A stretch of DNA of 64,000 nucleotides from Eledone cirrhosa (GCA_964016885.1 OZ024743.1:361150001-361214000); one strand, 5' to 3'; shown: positions 26,801 through 40,640, numbered from the stretch's first letter. Numbers and translations are program-made. The notes: generated by a model from the letters alone, not told the origin.

Positions 26801-27410
26801 ATCGGTTACTCCAGTAGGACATTCTATACGATCAAGCAAGGATGTTCTAATTGCGATGCCAACACCGCCATCTCTCCGTTCATTTATGGGTTTACCTACC
26901 CCGAAAAGGGAGCAGCATGATGATACTTCTGTTAATTGATCTTCTCCCACCAAACGTGTTCAGATAAAGTTGCTATGTCTATGTTCAATCTTCTGAGTTC
27001 TTTTGTCACAAGTGCAGTTCCATATCCCGGATGTCCAGACGAGTTTCTGTCCAGGAGTGTCCTAATGTTCCAAAAACAAATGTTGAGTTTGACTCGATCT
27101 TTCGCGTAATATTTGCATTTTGCTTTACTCTTATACCTGATAGAGTAAGGCAAAGTAAGCTCAGGGCGCATGTGTGTAAACTTGTGACTGGTCAGGTCTG
27201 CCCATGTTACCATTCATCTATCACTGAACTATTTCAAAAATGGAATAGACGAAGAAAGATGTAAGAGACATCTGCACATCACTATATTACAGTGGTAAAC
27301 GCGTGTACAGCACGAGTACCACCCTATGAGTATCCGCAACTAGAGTCCAGTGACATGCCGATAAGATGACCGGGAGCTGCTCCAACCGCAGGTTTGAAAA
27401 GGCTTCCTTC
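23876..27410 (-). mobile_element. Near full-length degenerate RTE/BovB-like LINE (APE, RT, three C-terminal C2H2-like fingers)
   Basis: WNIRTLLD, ELRRLNIDIATLSE, GVGIAIR, LLGDFNAR, NYRRITLL, QRGFRGGR, LTKAFD and LLYADDA (about 25020-25040). Confidence 0.92.
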
Positions 27411-27723
27411 TCACTTAATGACACGCATACATACGAACGCTACCCAACAAACTCTCATGCATACAATCAAACACACACACCACTCACTTACACACACAAA
27501 AACAGACACAGACACACACATACACACGCAATCACACACACACTCACTCATATATATATATATATATAAGTAAGATGTATGGTAGGTCGTATGTGAATCG
27601 CGATGATCACGTCTGACTTACCAAATATGTGACGGTAGCTAGTTAAGCTCTATGCGTATACGCAGAGCAGAAATATTAGTGAAAAAGAACAAAGGAACTA
27701 TTATGACATTATAACAAGTTTAT

Positions 27724-27769
27724 TGCCGACAGCCGTTTCGTCCGACCCATGGTGGGACTTATCAAGGCA
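27724..27769 (-). ncRNA. Minimal type I hammerhead, U3:A8 core
   Basis: Reverse complement of 28630-28676 with a 1-nt indel in loop II. Confidence 0.8.
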
Positions 27770-28629
27770 TATAACATGTGATTGCAAGATCATTGTTTAC
27801 ATCAACGTATCACTCAAGGTAGCAGTTTGAAATTGTTGTATACATCAGCAACTCCGCTTGTATAGTTGGGGTCAATATTCTAAGGGGGGCTCTTTTATAT
27901 TAGTTGTCGGGGTCAGGGATTGAAGTTTAAAAATTAGACAAAAATATATAATTTACGCATCAACATTAAACTAAAAGACTTGGGGTCCCGTAGAAGCACC
28001 TTAGAAAATCCCTCAATGAGTGCATAAAGCATACAGGCTCCAATAAACCTAGAAGAAAATTAAGAGGCCAATAAGACTAGAAGAAAATTAAGAGGCTAAT
28101 AAAATAAGAAAATAAAAATATAAAGTTTCCCTAAAAAATATATAAAGTTCCTATGAAATTTCTTCTAGAGAAAAATAATTTTTTCCGAAAGAAAAAAACC
28201 TTCTTCCCCGAGATCACGTTTACAAAATTCAGAAAACTGAATTGAAAACTAGGTTGAAAGAAACTAATCAATTAGAGGTTAATTCAGAGAGCCTTCCATA
28301 AATCTCTCAGAAAAGGCCCCTTTAATATTTCCAATAGGAACTTCTTCCGAGAGACCCTTCGAAGAATTAAAATTTTAGAGAGCCTTTAAGGATAAATATA
28401 AAAACGAATTGAGGAAAATTATACATTAAAAGTTAAAAATTAAAATTTACGGTATTTGGGATATCCGAGGAAGTTTCAAAGGGCTGCTTCAACAGATACA
28501 ACTTAGGCATAATAGATACAATAATCTAAGCAACTATACAAGCGGAGTTGCTGATGTATACAACAATTTCAAACTGCTGCCTTGAGTGATACGTTAATGT
28601 AAACAATGATCTTGCAATCACATGTTATA

Positions 28630-28676
28630 TGCCTTGATAAGTCCCACCATGGGGTCGGACGAAACGGCTGTCGGCA
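28630..28676 (+). ncRNA. Minimal type I hammerhead, U3:A8 core
   Basis: ugcc UUGAUAA gucc...ggac GAAA cggcu GUC ggca. Confidence 0.82.
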
Positions 28677-28709
28677 ATAAACTTTTTCACTATATATATA
28701 TATATATAT

Positions 28710-28830
28710 TTGTCTTGCAAGGTTTTGGATATGAAATCGTGTGTCGAAACAAATATTGTTATACTTGTGTTCTGTTATTATTTCTGGCAATATTACAACA
28801 ATATGACCCTCCCCGAGTATAACAGTATAT
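28710..28830. repeat. Short rearranged copy of the pLTR-like family also at 40720-41130, 41948-42240 and 30265-30292
   Basis: Shared ttgcaaggtttt.gatatgaaatcgtgtgtcgaaacaaatattgttatacttg and atatgaccctcccc.agtataaca. Confidence 0.8.
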
Positions 28831-28936
28831 ATATATATATATATATAAGGGTTAAAATACTGCAGCGTGTTGGAGTTAAACACCCTCTTCGTATTATAGA
28901 AATGACAGTAACAATGTAGTTAAACAGAGCCGAAAA

Positions 28937-29217
28937 ATTATGAAAGTAAAACAAAGAAGCCTTCAATACATCAAAAGTCTTTATTAGCCAACAATGTTTC
29001 GTCCTATTAAGGACTCATCAGGGCAATTAAAACAACAAGAAGTATTATCGGCCAATACAAGCCGGAAACTCCGAAGAATATTCTTCGGAGTTTCCGGCTT
29101 GTATTGGCCGATAATACTTCTTGTTGTTTTAATTGCCCTGATGAGTCCTTAATAGGACGAAACATTGTTGGCTAATAAAGACTTTTGATGTATTGAAGGC
29201 TTCTTTGTTTTACTTTC

Positions 29218-29222
<5 letters not shown>
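28937..29222. repeat. Perfect 286-bp spacerless palindrome with a hammerhead in each arm
   Basis: Symmetry centre at 29079/29080 (gaagaat|attcttc); arms match base for base by eye. Confidence 0.93.
29135..29172 (+). ncRNA. Minimal type I hammerhead, canonical core, GUU triplet (mirror copy at 28987-29024 minus)
   Basis: gcc CUGAUGA guccu uaau aggac GAAA cauu GUU ggc. Confidence 0.85.
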
Positions 29223-29288
<66 letters not shown>

Positions 29289-29549
29289 GGAAAAAATGAA
29301 ACGAAATTTCATTTCCCACTCTTAGTACGGCTGTTACTTAAATATAAGTATGTATACGTACATACATATATGTATACAGACGTACAGTAGTATGTATATA
29401 TATTTACATACATGCACACATATATATATGTACGTATGGATTCACCGAACATTTATTATAATGCTCGGTGTGTTTGTAAACAAACAACCCGTATTAAGCC
29501 CTAGTGTCTAGCAACCACCGTTGCTCGTTTGTTCAACACTGACAAAGGA

Positions 29550-29592
29550 ACGCTGTACTAGTTTCAAGCTTGTTAGCTATCGTCAGCAACGT
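29550..29592 (-). ncRNA. Minimal type I hammerhead, core CUGACGA, palindromic stem III
   Basis: acguug CUGACGA uagcu aaca agcuu GAAA cua GUA cagcgu. Confidence 0.85.
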
Positions 29593-29940
29593 ATACCTTC
29601 CTGCCAGATTGTTGAACGTATATACTTACCTTATGCATATTAACGGCTGAGTAGCCCAATTTGTATATCGAGTGGGTTAATCGGCCGTGTGCACCGAAAA
29701 CGATAAACGAAAAAAAATGAAACGAAATATATATATATAAATACGTGAAAATACGATAGTATATATGTATGGTCTGTAACTCTTGGTAGAGAAGAAGAAG
29801 CACCATATTGTCATACGGCATTTCTTGGCCATTTCTAAGCCTAGCAGAGCCCATCCCTCTCCAGGCCTGAGTACAGCAGATTTCTTCCAGAGAAAGATAG
29901 AAAGGGAGAGAGGAAATAAGAAAGAGATATAGAGGAAGAA

Positions 29941-30097
29941 TCGACCCCAGTACAAGATTGGTACTTTTTTTAATGACATCGAAAGGATGAAAGGCAAAAT
30001 TGACCTCGGCGGAATTTGAACTCAGAGAGCAGAGAGTCTGAATGAATACTGTAAAGCATGCTATCTGACGTTCTAACGTCTCTGCTAATTCACCACC
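29941..30097 (-). mobile_element. tRNA-SINE, diverged subfamily
   Basis: gaaaggatgaaaggcaaaattgacctcggcggaatttgaactcag. Confidence 0.8.
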
Positions 30098-30104
30098 TAG
30101 ATAG

Positions 30105-30264
30105 TATCATCATCATCATCGTTTAACATATATCTTCCACGCTAGCATGGGTTAGACGGGAATTGTCCCATTTGAGGCAAGATGAGTCGGGTGACCGTGT
30201 CTCGTTAGTATAGGACGAATTGGCAGGTTTTCTACAGCTGGAAGCCCTTCCTAACACCAACCAC
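30105..30264 (-). mobile_element. 3' fragment of a second SINE family with an (ATG)n tail
   Basis: (CAT)n followed by cgtttaac...gcatgggttagacgg and ctggaagcccttcctaacaccaaccac, which resembles a motif I recall from V-domain SINEs. Confidence 0.55.
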
Positions 30265-30289
30265 ATATGACCCTCCCCAAGTATAACAA

Positions 30290-30475
<186 letters not shown>

Positions 30476-30479
30476 TCCT

Positions 30480-31270
30480 CTTATTAAGATTGAATAGTGA
30501 GTCGGCTTACTCTGGTGTCCCGCCTGTTTTTCACAGGGTAATTAGACAAGAACTAGAGTTTTAATACCAGACACAATATAAATAAACTCGACAGTTGGTA
30601 AGATTAGGACAGTGTAAAGGATTGTGATAATGGATGGTAGTGTGATTAACTATAGAATATTAACTGGGCAGTGAGAGGTATGTGATGATCGTGTAGATGG
30701 CTGTATAAGAGGGTCAGAGAAAATGTTGGTGGGATTCGCTGAATAAATTTTATAAGTTTTAAATAATTTTTTATAACTTTTTAAATATATTCCCTTGTAT
30801 GACTTTTAGATGTAGAGGTGTGTTTGTGTGTATATACACATATATTATTTATATATATCTAAGCACCTGAGTATGTAGACATAGTTTGTATGTATGTGTA
30901 GATATGTTTGTGTCTGTATGTATACCTATGTACATGTGTGTTTGTATACCATCCACAGATTTATCCTGCAAATCCTAACAGCCTTTTCTTTAACTCCCCT
31001 ATACATTCAACTTCACACTCATCACTTTCCCCTCATCGACAAGATAAAAATCTACGGCTAGCCCACTACAATCCATTATTACTACTACCCTATCTACCGT
31101 ATCTTAATGACCCCTTCTCAATTAAATCATCCCTCCTAGAGTGTCCTTTATTTATATAGTCCTTTATTTATATTGTGTCTGCTAGTTAAACATTAGTTCT
31201 TATCTGATGACCCTGTGACAAACAGGCGAAACTCCAATGTAACATGATTCACTATTTAGCCTAACTAAAA
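30480..31270. mobile_element. Old fold-back module with a degenerate hammerhead (CUGAUGA at 31204, GAAA at 31228)
   Basis: About 30480-30590 is a diverged inverted copy of about 31163-31270. Stem II is ccugu/acagg and stem I has decayed. Confidence 0.6.
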
Positions 31271-32743
31271 TGGATATTTAAATTCTCTTTACTCTTCTAC
31301 TCTTTTATCTGTTCCAGCCATCCGGGTGAGGACATGCTGGGGTACTACCCTTGTCTCTCAGTCGTAAACCCCGTAGGAATTTATTTATGGATATTTATTT
31401 ATAAGTGCATTCCAGTACGTGTATGCCAGTGTTTATGTATATTTAGTGTGTATACTTATGTGTACATATGTATAGGTGGTTTTGTTAACATTTTGGTGTT
31501 TATGCACGGTTAGTGTGTGTATGTATGTGTTTGTGTATTTGCTTGAGTGTATGAGCCAGTGTTTATGTCTGATTCGTGTAGTTGTGTGATTTATTCATGA
31601 ACCTCCCGTCAATTTTACTGTCCAGTTAATTAATGGTCGTCGGAAATCATCATTTGAATAAATGAATTTCTCTCATGTTAGCCGTAACAGTGACTTAATC
31701 AAGCAGAAGACATCAATGAATGGGAGGGGGCAATGAAATAATTTCCAAAGAATTCAAAATTAACTATATTCAATGAAATCACATTAATTAAATATTTATG
31801 TTGTTTTGCCTTATTCCTTTCTTCCTTGATTATTAGTTTAAAAACCAAACTTAAAACAAAAAATTGAATCCTTGATATCATCTCTTAATTAATAAGAACT
31901 TCACTGAGGTTTGTGTGAAGATGAAGCGAGGAATCATTATCTCGAGTATTATTTTCCTACGTACAGTCAATGTCCTGTTCATTAACTGTTACAGTAATTA
32001 TTAGAAGTGGTTGAAGTGTTACATTGAAGCTAACGAGTTCAAACCGCATATATTTGACTGTTTTTTTTCTTTCTCGGCTTAAAACAGTTTGATTCATTTC
32101 TATGATTCGTTGATGTCTTGATTATTTGCATGAAAAACAATGGAACAATCAAAAATAAAATCAAACGACGCTGTTGATTTGTAAAAAGGTTGATTTGTAA
32201 AAATGAGATAATATTTCAGTTCATATAAATACACCTAAAAATGTCTGCATGTATAGATGTTTATGCAACAAAAATACAATAATGCAAATTTAACTGGAAT
32301 TGATATTGTTAGGCACCATGAAATCGGCTAATGTGTTGGTCCTTTGTTTTCCTTTCCGGGGCTTTATTTTATGGGGAGGATGTATGAATTACCATTGTAA
32401 GCCTTCCGAACCTGTTGAGATGCATTGAATACCTGTATGTTGACATCTACAGGATATGCCCGAGCAAGAACATAGTCGACACAATTGGCACTCTGAAGAA
32501 GGAGTAGAAAATACGATTAATGCGGATCCTCGAGAATGAGATATGGAGAGTGTTAAAAAAAGTGGGCCTATTGATATGAATAGGGGCAGTAGATATACTC
32601 TATCTCAGAGATGTTTGACTTTTCTTTTATCTTGGACTATATACATATGTATATGTGTGTGTGTGTGTGTGTGTGTGAGTGCGCGTGTGAGTGTTTGTGT
32701 GTGTATGTGTGTGTATGTGTGTATTCAGATATATATAAGTGTG

Positions 32744-32789
<46 letters not shown>

Positions 32790-34556
32790 CAAGAGAATTA
32801 ATAGGGAAGAAATGCAACTAAATTAGTCCTTACCTTACAACCTTCCTTTACAAATGATACTATTTGAAAGATTTGCGAAACATTTGTAGAAATTTGTCGA
32901 GTTCTTTACACTTTTGGGGGCGAATTGCCATTACTTAAGATTCAGAGAAGGGAAAATATGTAACTTCAAATCCGCTTCATTTACTTATTTATGTAGACAT
33001 ATCATTCTAGGCATTCTATCAACCGGGGAGAACCCTCTTAATATATCCTGTTATGTTATAATCAATGTTTACATTTTACACTGTCAGTAATTTTAAGACG
33101 ACAGTATATCTATATCTGTATATATATAAGGAGGGTTAAACGGATATGTTTTGTCACTCCATTATTTATAAGTTTCTAAATTTGGAGTAAAAAGAGAAAT
33201 TATATTTGATAAGTTCTACATGAGAAGGTCAGTTACATGCATGAAATGGCGGTATACGAATTTAAAATTGAAATCATGATACAATTCCAACTCATCATGA
33301 GAAAATGTTATTTATTTTGACGCAGAAATGCAGGGGAGCGAAAAGTAGTTAAAAACGTGATATTAAGGGACATAATCCTTTTGATACCTGTCGTTGTTTA
33401 GTGTCCTCGATACTTGAAGTAACTTTTTCTCTCGCCAGACTGGGAGAGGGATATCGCGCCTGAGGAAGGAAGCCCATCGGTGGAATGGCTAAATATCTTG
33501 TCCGTGAGAGGAAGCTATGATATGTTTCAAACTTGGTTTTAGAGTTTGTCTTTCCTTCTTTCTTTGTTCTTGTGTTTTCTCTTTTATGTATAGTTTTGCT
33601 GTGAACACACTAACACTGTAATAAATTCTCTTGTCTTGTAAGATATGTAGACAATGATAGAAGGATAAACATTTATATACAATACGAGTGTAAGACGTTT
33701 ATGGCTATCTCAAATCCTTTAGAAATGTATATAAAGTATTACTAGCATTGAATATTTTTTTAAATATTAGACATCAACATTTACCCATCAATAATGATCC
33801 TTCAGTTATCTTTGAATGATGAAGGACTTCCACTTACGGACAGTCAATGTGAAACTGAATAAGGTTTATACTCTATATATAATTTCATAAAATATATCTG
33901 GACAGGAAATTGTGAATCTAAGCCATATGGTTCTCTAATACATTATGCAATAGAAATAACATCTATTAATGTAATATCTATTTAGGGATTTAAATGGTTC
34001 TTGTTAGGGAGATGTTTAATAGACTGAATTGATGCCAACATACTAAAGATATTTATGTTGTTGACTTTGAGAGCAATTGAATCAGGAATCTGTCGGAACA
34101 AAACTAATTGCCGATACAAGATAGAATCATGCCAGCTTGCTTTATCTGCAAGTCCACCACTATCTGGTAAGCAATAGTTAATGTTGTTATTGCTTTTGTT
34201 TTAAAGATAAAGTGTGCTTCAATTTAATATTTACCTATATCTAGCACAGCATACTTAGTTTGCTCATACTGATGTCCCGAAATGCCTAAAAACCTTATAA
34301 AAAATTGTATTACTTTCAAACCTGATTGGGTATCTGGCTAGTGTCTAGACTGTCAATAAACGAAAAATGAATGTAGACAATTACTCGACATCAAGATAGT
34401 ATAGTAACATTACAAAACATCGATTAAGTTCGAACCCCCAGAATAAGTAATATGGCACTTCGCTCTATCTTATGTTCAACATTGTTATCTAATATACATA
34501 AAGAATACAAATGATATATTAACGAAACACCTTAATCATAACTAACGGCTATTATT

Positions 34557-34745
34557 GATGTGGATTGGCAGTATCGGTAGAGGGTCGGACGCCATGCTTT
34601 GCAGCAGAGAGTTACGTCCCTTTATGGTCTGAGTTCAAATCCCGCCGAGGTTAACTTTGCCTTTCATCCTTACGGAGTCGATAAAATAAAGTACCAGTAA
34701 TACGCTGATTTATTGCTGGCCTTGTGCCAAAAGTAGAAATAATTA
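34557..34745 (+). mobile_element. tRNA-SINE
   Basis: A and B boxes; flanking attattgat duplication. Confidence 0.92.
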
Positions 34746-35039
34746 TTGATTATCACGATTCTTAGACAAGAATAATACATATAATAACAGAAAATCTATT
34801 TGGAAGTATCTAATGTATGTTTGCGGAGGTTGAATCCACATTCTACACCTGTGAAAGTAAAAGTGCAAAAATAATCTTATTCATTAATTTGTAGCAGCTA
34901 CCACGAACAGAAATGTTCTAGAAACAAATGTAACAAAAACAATAGAAGCAGCAACGACAACAACAGCAACAGCAGCAACAACCACAATGACAACAACAAC
35001 TGTTGATGGTGATGATGGTAGGGTCATTGACTTCTTCAT

Positions 35040-35720
35040 TTCTTTTTTTTCCTCCTCTTTCTTTTTGGAGGTGTGTTTTGTCTCGACACTCATGACACCT
35101 TGCGCCTACCTTCGACATAGACGGGTAGATGGCTGCCGTCGTCCTGGTCGATCACATCGGGGATGGCCTCTATGCTTTTATAGTTTGATTGGATGATTAG
35201 CTCCATCCCCGAGCCTGACCACTTTTCCTGTCTTATACGCATGACATCTATGATTGTTGTTGAATCCTCGACGTCAGCGAGGATGGCCGCCATCAGCCAA
35301 GCGATCTCCACTGAGGGCGGAACCTGGGTTACTCGGACTTTCGCGATCCCCTGACCGCAGTATGTGGACACCATCACTATTTCGTCACTGCGGAGTGACG
35401 TAATCGAGTGTGCTCTCGCTTTTTCCGGTGTAGCGAAGGGAACATCCACTGTGTCATACTTCGATCCTCGAGCTATGTAGGTTTTCTGTGCCCAGAAGGC
35501 ACCCATAGCCCTTTGGACCTGCGACTCGGTCGCCCGTTCGACTCGGTGCGATTTTAGTCCAAGTGTACAGGAGGAGACCGTACACAAACGTCGGTGAGTC
35601 CTACCCTGTTTCCGTTTTGTTTTTACCAACTCCTTGGCCTGCCTCATCTCCGTGTCACTGATGCGTACTCGTTCAATATTTTTGGTAGCCTTCGTGAATG
35701 ATGTAGCTTGGGCGATTCCT
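35040..35720 (-). pseudogene. Isolated LINE ORF1-like (L1/Tx1-type) fragment with zinc-knuckle remnant
   Basis: The 185-aa ORF (KVRVTQVPP...VYVEGRRK) continues after a frameshift as CHECRDKTHLQKE (CX2CX4H). Confidence 0.6.
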
Positions 35721-36519
35721 ATCTGTTGTGTGCTTTCGTCGTTACTGCTGCTTTTGTTTTTGTTGTTGCTGTTGAAGTTGCTGTTGTTGTGGTTTTCACT
35801 GTTGTTGATATAGTAGTCGTTCTGACTGTTGTTGTTAGTGTTGTCTTTTTTGCTAGTGTTGTCAGTTTTATATATATTAAGGTTTTCACTGTTGTTGTTA
35901 TTGAGGGTGTTGGTGCTGGTGTTGGCGATTGCCTGATGTGTTGTTACAATTTAAAATAATTGCGGAAGGGGCAGCGCTATTAGTCTCAACGTTTGATTCG
36001 CTGTCGCACGACAGCAAACTGAAAGTTGAGCAGAGTTGCTCTACCATGTTTTTTTTTTTCGACAAATTTTCTTTAAAACACACAACGGTTACATATTTGA
36101 GCCAAAAGGCCGAAATATTACGGGGAGTACTTTCTTGAGGGCAAGACTAAAGTCTTATGCCCCCTCTGAAACAAATATATTAATAACAAACGTATTTGCA
36201 ACCGTAGAAATAACAAACTTACTGCAGCTCACGATAGTACGTCCATTCACTTCAACGACCAATAATCATATATAATAAAGGGAGGAGTGCAGGACTGTGT
36301 CTGGAATATATTTTTTTATCTCGTTTGTAAAAGATTACATAATGGCGTGTAACACAGTCTCTCTTGAATTTCTGTGCATGTTGTCAAGTACGATTTTATT
36401 CGATGTATCATATCTACATGCATATATATTTGCATATAATACCAGTATGCACATTACACATGCTAGCGGAAAACCAAACGAAGGGTGGTTTTTCAGCTAG
36501 TAATAATAATAATAATAAT

Positions 36520-39480
36520 ATCATGATAAAAACCAAACAGATCGGACATATAACCTTATAGATATTTTCGTGCAAGCCGAGAAGAATATATCTGTAAAAC
36601 AATGGACAAACTGTCAAAATATATAGACCTGCAAAACAGAGCTCAACTGCGTGAGGAGGTTGACCACAAACACTCTCGCTTACTTCAACTTTTAGGTTTG
36701 AGGGCCTCTTAAAATCGTCTACGTCACCCTCTAGAGAGGGTGTCTCAAAAATAACAAAAGAAAATACACAGGTCATGGTGGAACCTTAAAATCCATTAAA
36801 CTTAATGAGTGAAATGAATCAAAACATTTGTTTACACAAAAATGTGAATGGCGCTGAAGCGTTTAGTGAAGGTGTCTCGTCTGCTAGGTTTACTGTGATT
36901 GAGCAGGCCCGGTCGTAAATATGACACTGCTAGAAGGAAGTGTTATAATAGGGTAAATAGGGTTGTTATTGGAGGTTAATTTAGAAGCATGTCTGTGAAT
37001 GAAAATGGCGCCATTTAGAGGATATAGACAAAGGTTGTTACGAGTATGGCAGAAGATGGAACTCTTTGAATCAACAGAAGTGAGGATTTGTGATCAGGCA
37101 AGGGCAATGCTCAAAAGCAGATGGCTATCTGAGATGGAGATTGAAATAATAAAGCAAAAGATAAGCCAGGGGATTGTGGTGGATATAAAATTTCAGGATG
37201 TTGGCGATTCAAATAGAGATGAGGGCATGCAAATGATAGAATTCAACAAGAAGAACTAAACATTCGATATGATGAGGGATTGGAGATCTCTAAATGAAGA
37301 CGAAGTAATAAAAAAGTGTAAAGAAAACGAACGTCACCTAAAAGAATAACAAACAAAGTATACAACTTCCTTGGCAAGGTACCAACCAGAACCATCACAG
37401 AAACCAACAATCTAATGAATCTACATTGGGAAAATTGGAGATAGTAACTGATATGGTAACTATCCAGTGTAGAAATATACCAAATTGGAAAGTTCCCGGC
37501 AGAGACGTTGTTCAAGGGTGCTGGTTGAAAATTCTGAGGGCCCTTGATAGGAGAATTACAGAGCAACTGAATAAGATCTTGAATATAGAAGAGAGGTTGC
37601 CACAATGGGAAACCTTTGAGAGAACGATCTTGTGTTTGAGGGACCCCAGTAATTGAAATGCAGTGGACAACTTTATATGTATCTCTTGCCTCCTCCTCAT
37701 GTGGAAGCTTATGACAGGGGCCATTGGTGGGGAAATGTATGAATACTTGGAGAATACACCACCTGAAGAGCACAAATGAGGTAAGGGAAGAAACAGGGGG
37801 ACTAAAAATCGATTTTTGATTGATAAGGCGATCCTTAAAGATTGTAAAAGAAGACTCAGCAACCTTGCCATGACCAGGATCGATTGGGGCAAGGCTGAGC
37901 CTACAGTGACACATTGGAGGTTATTAGAATGCTCGGAAATATTTGGTATTGCAGCTAACGTTAGACAGTTTCTGTTGCACAACTGAGTTGACATCATGAA
38001 GACATACATTTGTGAACATTAAGAGAGGAATATTCCAAGGAATCAGTTTTTGCCTTTGCTCTTTGTATTGTGTATTTTTCCACTTACATTAGTGTTGAGA
38101 AGGTTAAACGCTGGTTATGGGTGGCGTAAGCTTAATATAAATCACCTGCTGTTCATGAATGATCTCAACATCTTTCGGAAATCATATGATCAAATTGTCT
38201 CCCTATTACAGACAGATTCTACACCCTTATTAGAGACAGATCCTACATTCCAGACGAACAGAGGAATGGATGTTGGTATAAAAAGTGTGAGGTGTTCATA
38301 ATGAAGCGAGGTTAATTGATAAGATGGAAGGAATTGAATTACTAGGCGGTCAGGTTAAGGGACAAAATTGTCAACAACGTGTATAAGTACTTAAGCATCC
38401 TGGAAACAGACCAATTGAAAGAGAACCAAATGAAAGGACTATTATCAAAGGAATATTAACGGAGACTGGCATTTGTTTTAAAGATGAAGTTAAGTTGTAG
38501 TAATAAGATACTGGCTATCAATATATGCACTGTTGCCGTTTTAATGTATAACGATGGTTTGATAGAGTGGAGATGTTATGACTTAAGGAGCTTGATAGAA
38601 AGTGCAGGAGATTGATGGCACTACAAGGGGCTCTACACCCTAAAAGTCACATGTACAGGTTTATTCTATCACGACAGAGAGGAGGAAGCGGTATCATTAG
38701 CAGTGAAATGTGTGTGAAGTCGGAGGAAAATAATCTGGCATGGTATACAAAGATTTCAAAGGAGAAATTGATGGTAGGAGTAACAAGGATAAATGTGCTA
38801 AGCAGTGATGAATCAAAGGAAAAGGGAGAATTTCAACTAGACTGACATAATCACACCTTGAATAGATGAAAGAAAAAGATGTATGGTCAATTCTGGCTTG
38901 AAATGTCTGTGACAGTTGACAAATATAAGAACTGAGAATGGACTAGGAAAAACGACTTAACATTTGAAACTGAACTCATTCTTTTCGCAGCGCAGGAACA
39001 GCAACTGAAAATGAATTATATCAAGTACAATATTGACAAGTCAGTGAATTCCCCACTTTGCAATTTGTATGGTGAGAAAGTGAAATAATAAACCATATTA
39101 TTATTGTGGTTAGAATGACTTACATTTGTGGCATAGAAAAGAATAATAATAAGGCAATCATTGTGAATATTCTTTCACATGGGACCACAAGTTGAATGAA
39201 GACAGTGAGAAACTTCAGAAATACCAGGAGCTGTAGCGGGAAACCAGAATACTATCGAGAATCAGACACGTAAAAGAGGTACCGATTGCAGTTGACGCGA
39301 AGGAGCAGTTAGTAAAAGTTTAGATGCATGGCTTGAGAAATTAGGAATGGATGCCAGGAATAGATTGCTGCGGAAAAGAGCTTAGCTGAGGATAGCAAGA
39401 ACTCTAAGGAAGTTGTTCGCTAGAGGGTTGAAGGAAAAAGGAAGTATTCAACATACCTTTATGCATTTGCTATGACTCAC
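36520..39480 (+). mobile_element. Degenerate R4/Dong-like RLE LINE
   Basis: [81 protein letters not shown] and KYQEL. A (TAA)n tract at 36501-36519 lies upstream; the 5' limit is tentative. Confidence 0.85.
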
Positions 39481-39494
39481 CTTTTGGTATGGCG

Positions 39495-40640
39495 TCGGTA
39501 CAACATCTGCTAGAAAAAAGCATTAGGCATAACAATGCGGATAGCAGGCCCAGTATTTTGGTGCAGGCAAGCAGTCGTCGCATATTGCACACACTCCCAT
39601 CAGTCCGGAATCGGATGTAAATGCACTCCCGCAGATCTTTCTTTGCTTCGCGGAGCATCATACTGACGAAGATTGCAAGTAGGTTTGGCGCAAGATCACA
39701 GCATTGTTTCACACCATTCTCGACGGGGAATTGATCGGGGAGACAGCCATTGTGCTTCAAATGTCCCTACTATACTCTATGGAGTTGCCTCAGGATTGTC
39801 AGGAAATTTGATAGACATCCAGCTCTGTTGAGGATCTTCCAAAGTCCATCCCTAATAACTGTATCAATTGTTCGTCAGGTCAATGAAGGCAGCTACAGGG
39901 TCATATTTTGTTCACTACATTTCGCTTGCATCTGGCGGAGGACAAAAATCATGTCTGTGGTGATACGTTTGGCCTGGAATCCACATTGGCTTTCTGGGAG
40001 GCAATCTTCAGCAATGGATGCGATGAGTCTATTAAGCAGGACTCGGGCTAGATTTTGCCTGCAATTGAGAGAAACGTGATGCAGCGGTAGTTGGAACAGT
40101 CTGAGTTTTGGCCTTTGTTCTTTTACAGGGTCAATATCACGGCATCCCGGTGGTGTCTTGGGATCTCCCTTTCGACCAACACTGTACAAATAGGTCGATA
40201 GTCATATCCAGGAGTGAGCCACCGCCATACATGTACATTTCAACGGGAATACCGTCAACACCAGGAGCCCTGTGTGTTTTCAGGTGGGTGACTGCTGAAT
40301 GGAAAGGGAATTGTGTTTGGTAAAGGGGGCCATAGACTTCCCTGAGTGTCACATAGCAGGCTCTCTCTTTGCTAATATACGCATAGTGCTGGATCTTGCG
40401 GCCTATTTTGTCCAGCAGTTATTCTTGATATTCCTAAGCCTCATTTTTGTGTTGACTTGGCTGACTGGCTATTCGGGTTCGACAGCACGTTCTGGTGTGT
40501 AGAGCGTTTCTCCTGAATAAGCTTGTGGATTTCATCATCATTCTCATCGAAACAGTCTTTGTTCTTCTTTGTAGAGAAAACCACCACTTCTGCTGTTTTG
40601 CCCTGTAGCGTCCTCTCTAGGTCTCAAGGCTCAAGAGGAC
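39495..40640 (-). mobile_element. RTE/BovB-like LINE fragment (RT N-terminal half)
   Basis: RAPGVDGIPVE, LARVLLNRL...LPESQCGF..TTDMIFVLRQMQAKC, GVKQCCDLAP and IRFRTDG. Confidence 0.9.

Larger units (their letters stand above)
27570..28692. mobile_element. Fold-back module with about 150-bp inverted arms carrying hammerheads, flanked by (TA)n
   Basis: 27716-27868 is an inverted copy of 28531-28684. Confidence 0.85.

Noticed and set aside
32489-32552. CUGAAGA agga...uccu cGAGA...agug hammerhead-like remnant
   Set aside because: GAAA and the NUH triplet are both missing; at best a decayed copy
33389-33640. Possible solo LTR (TG start, AATAAA)
   Set aside because: No TSD, partner LTR or clear terminal inverted repeat
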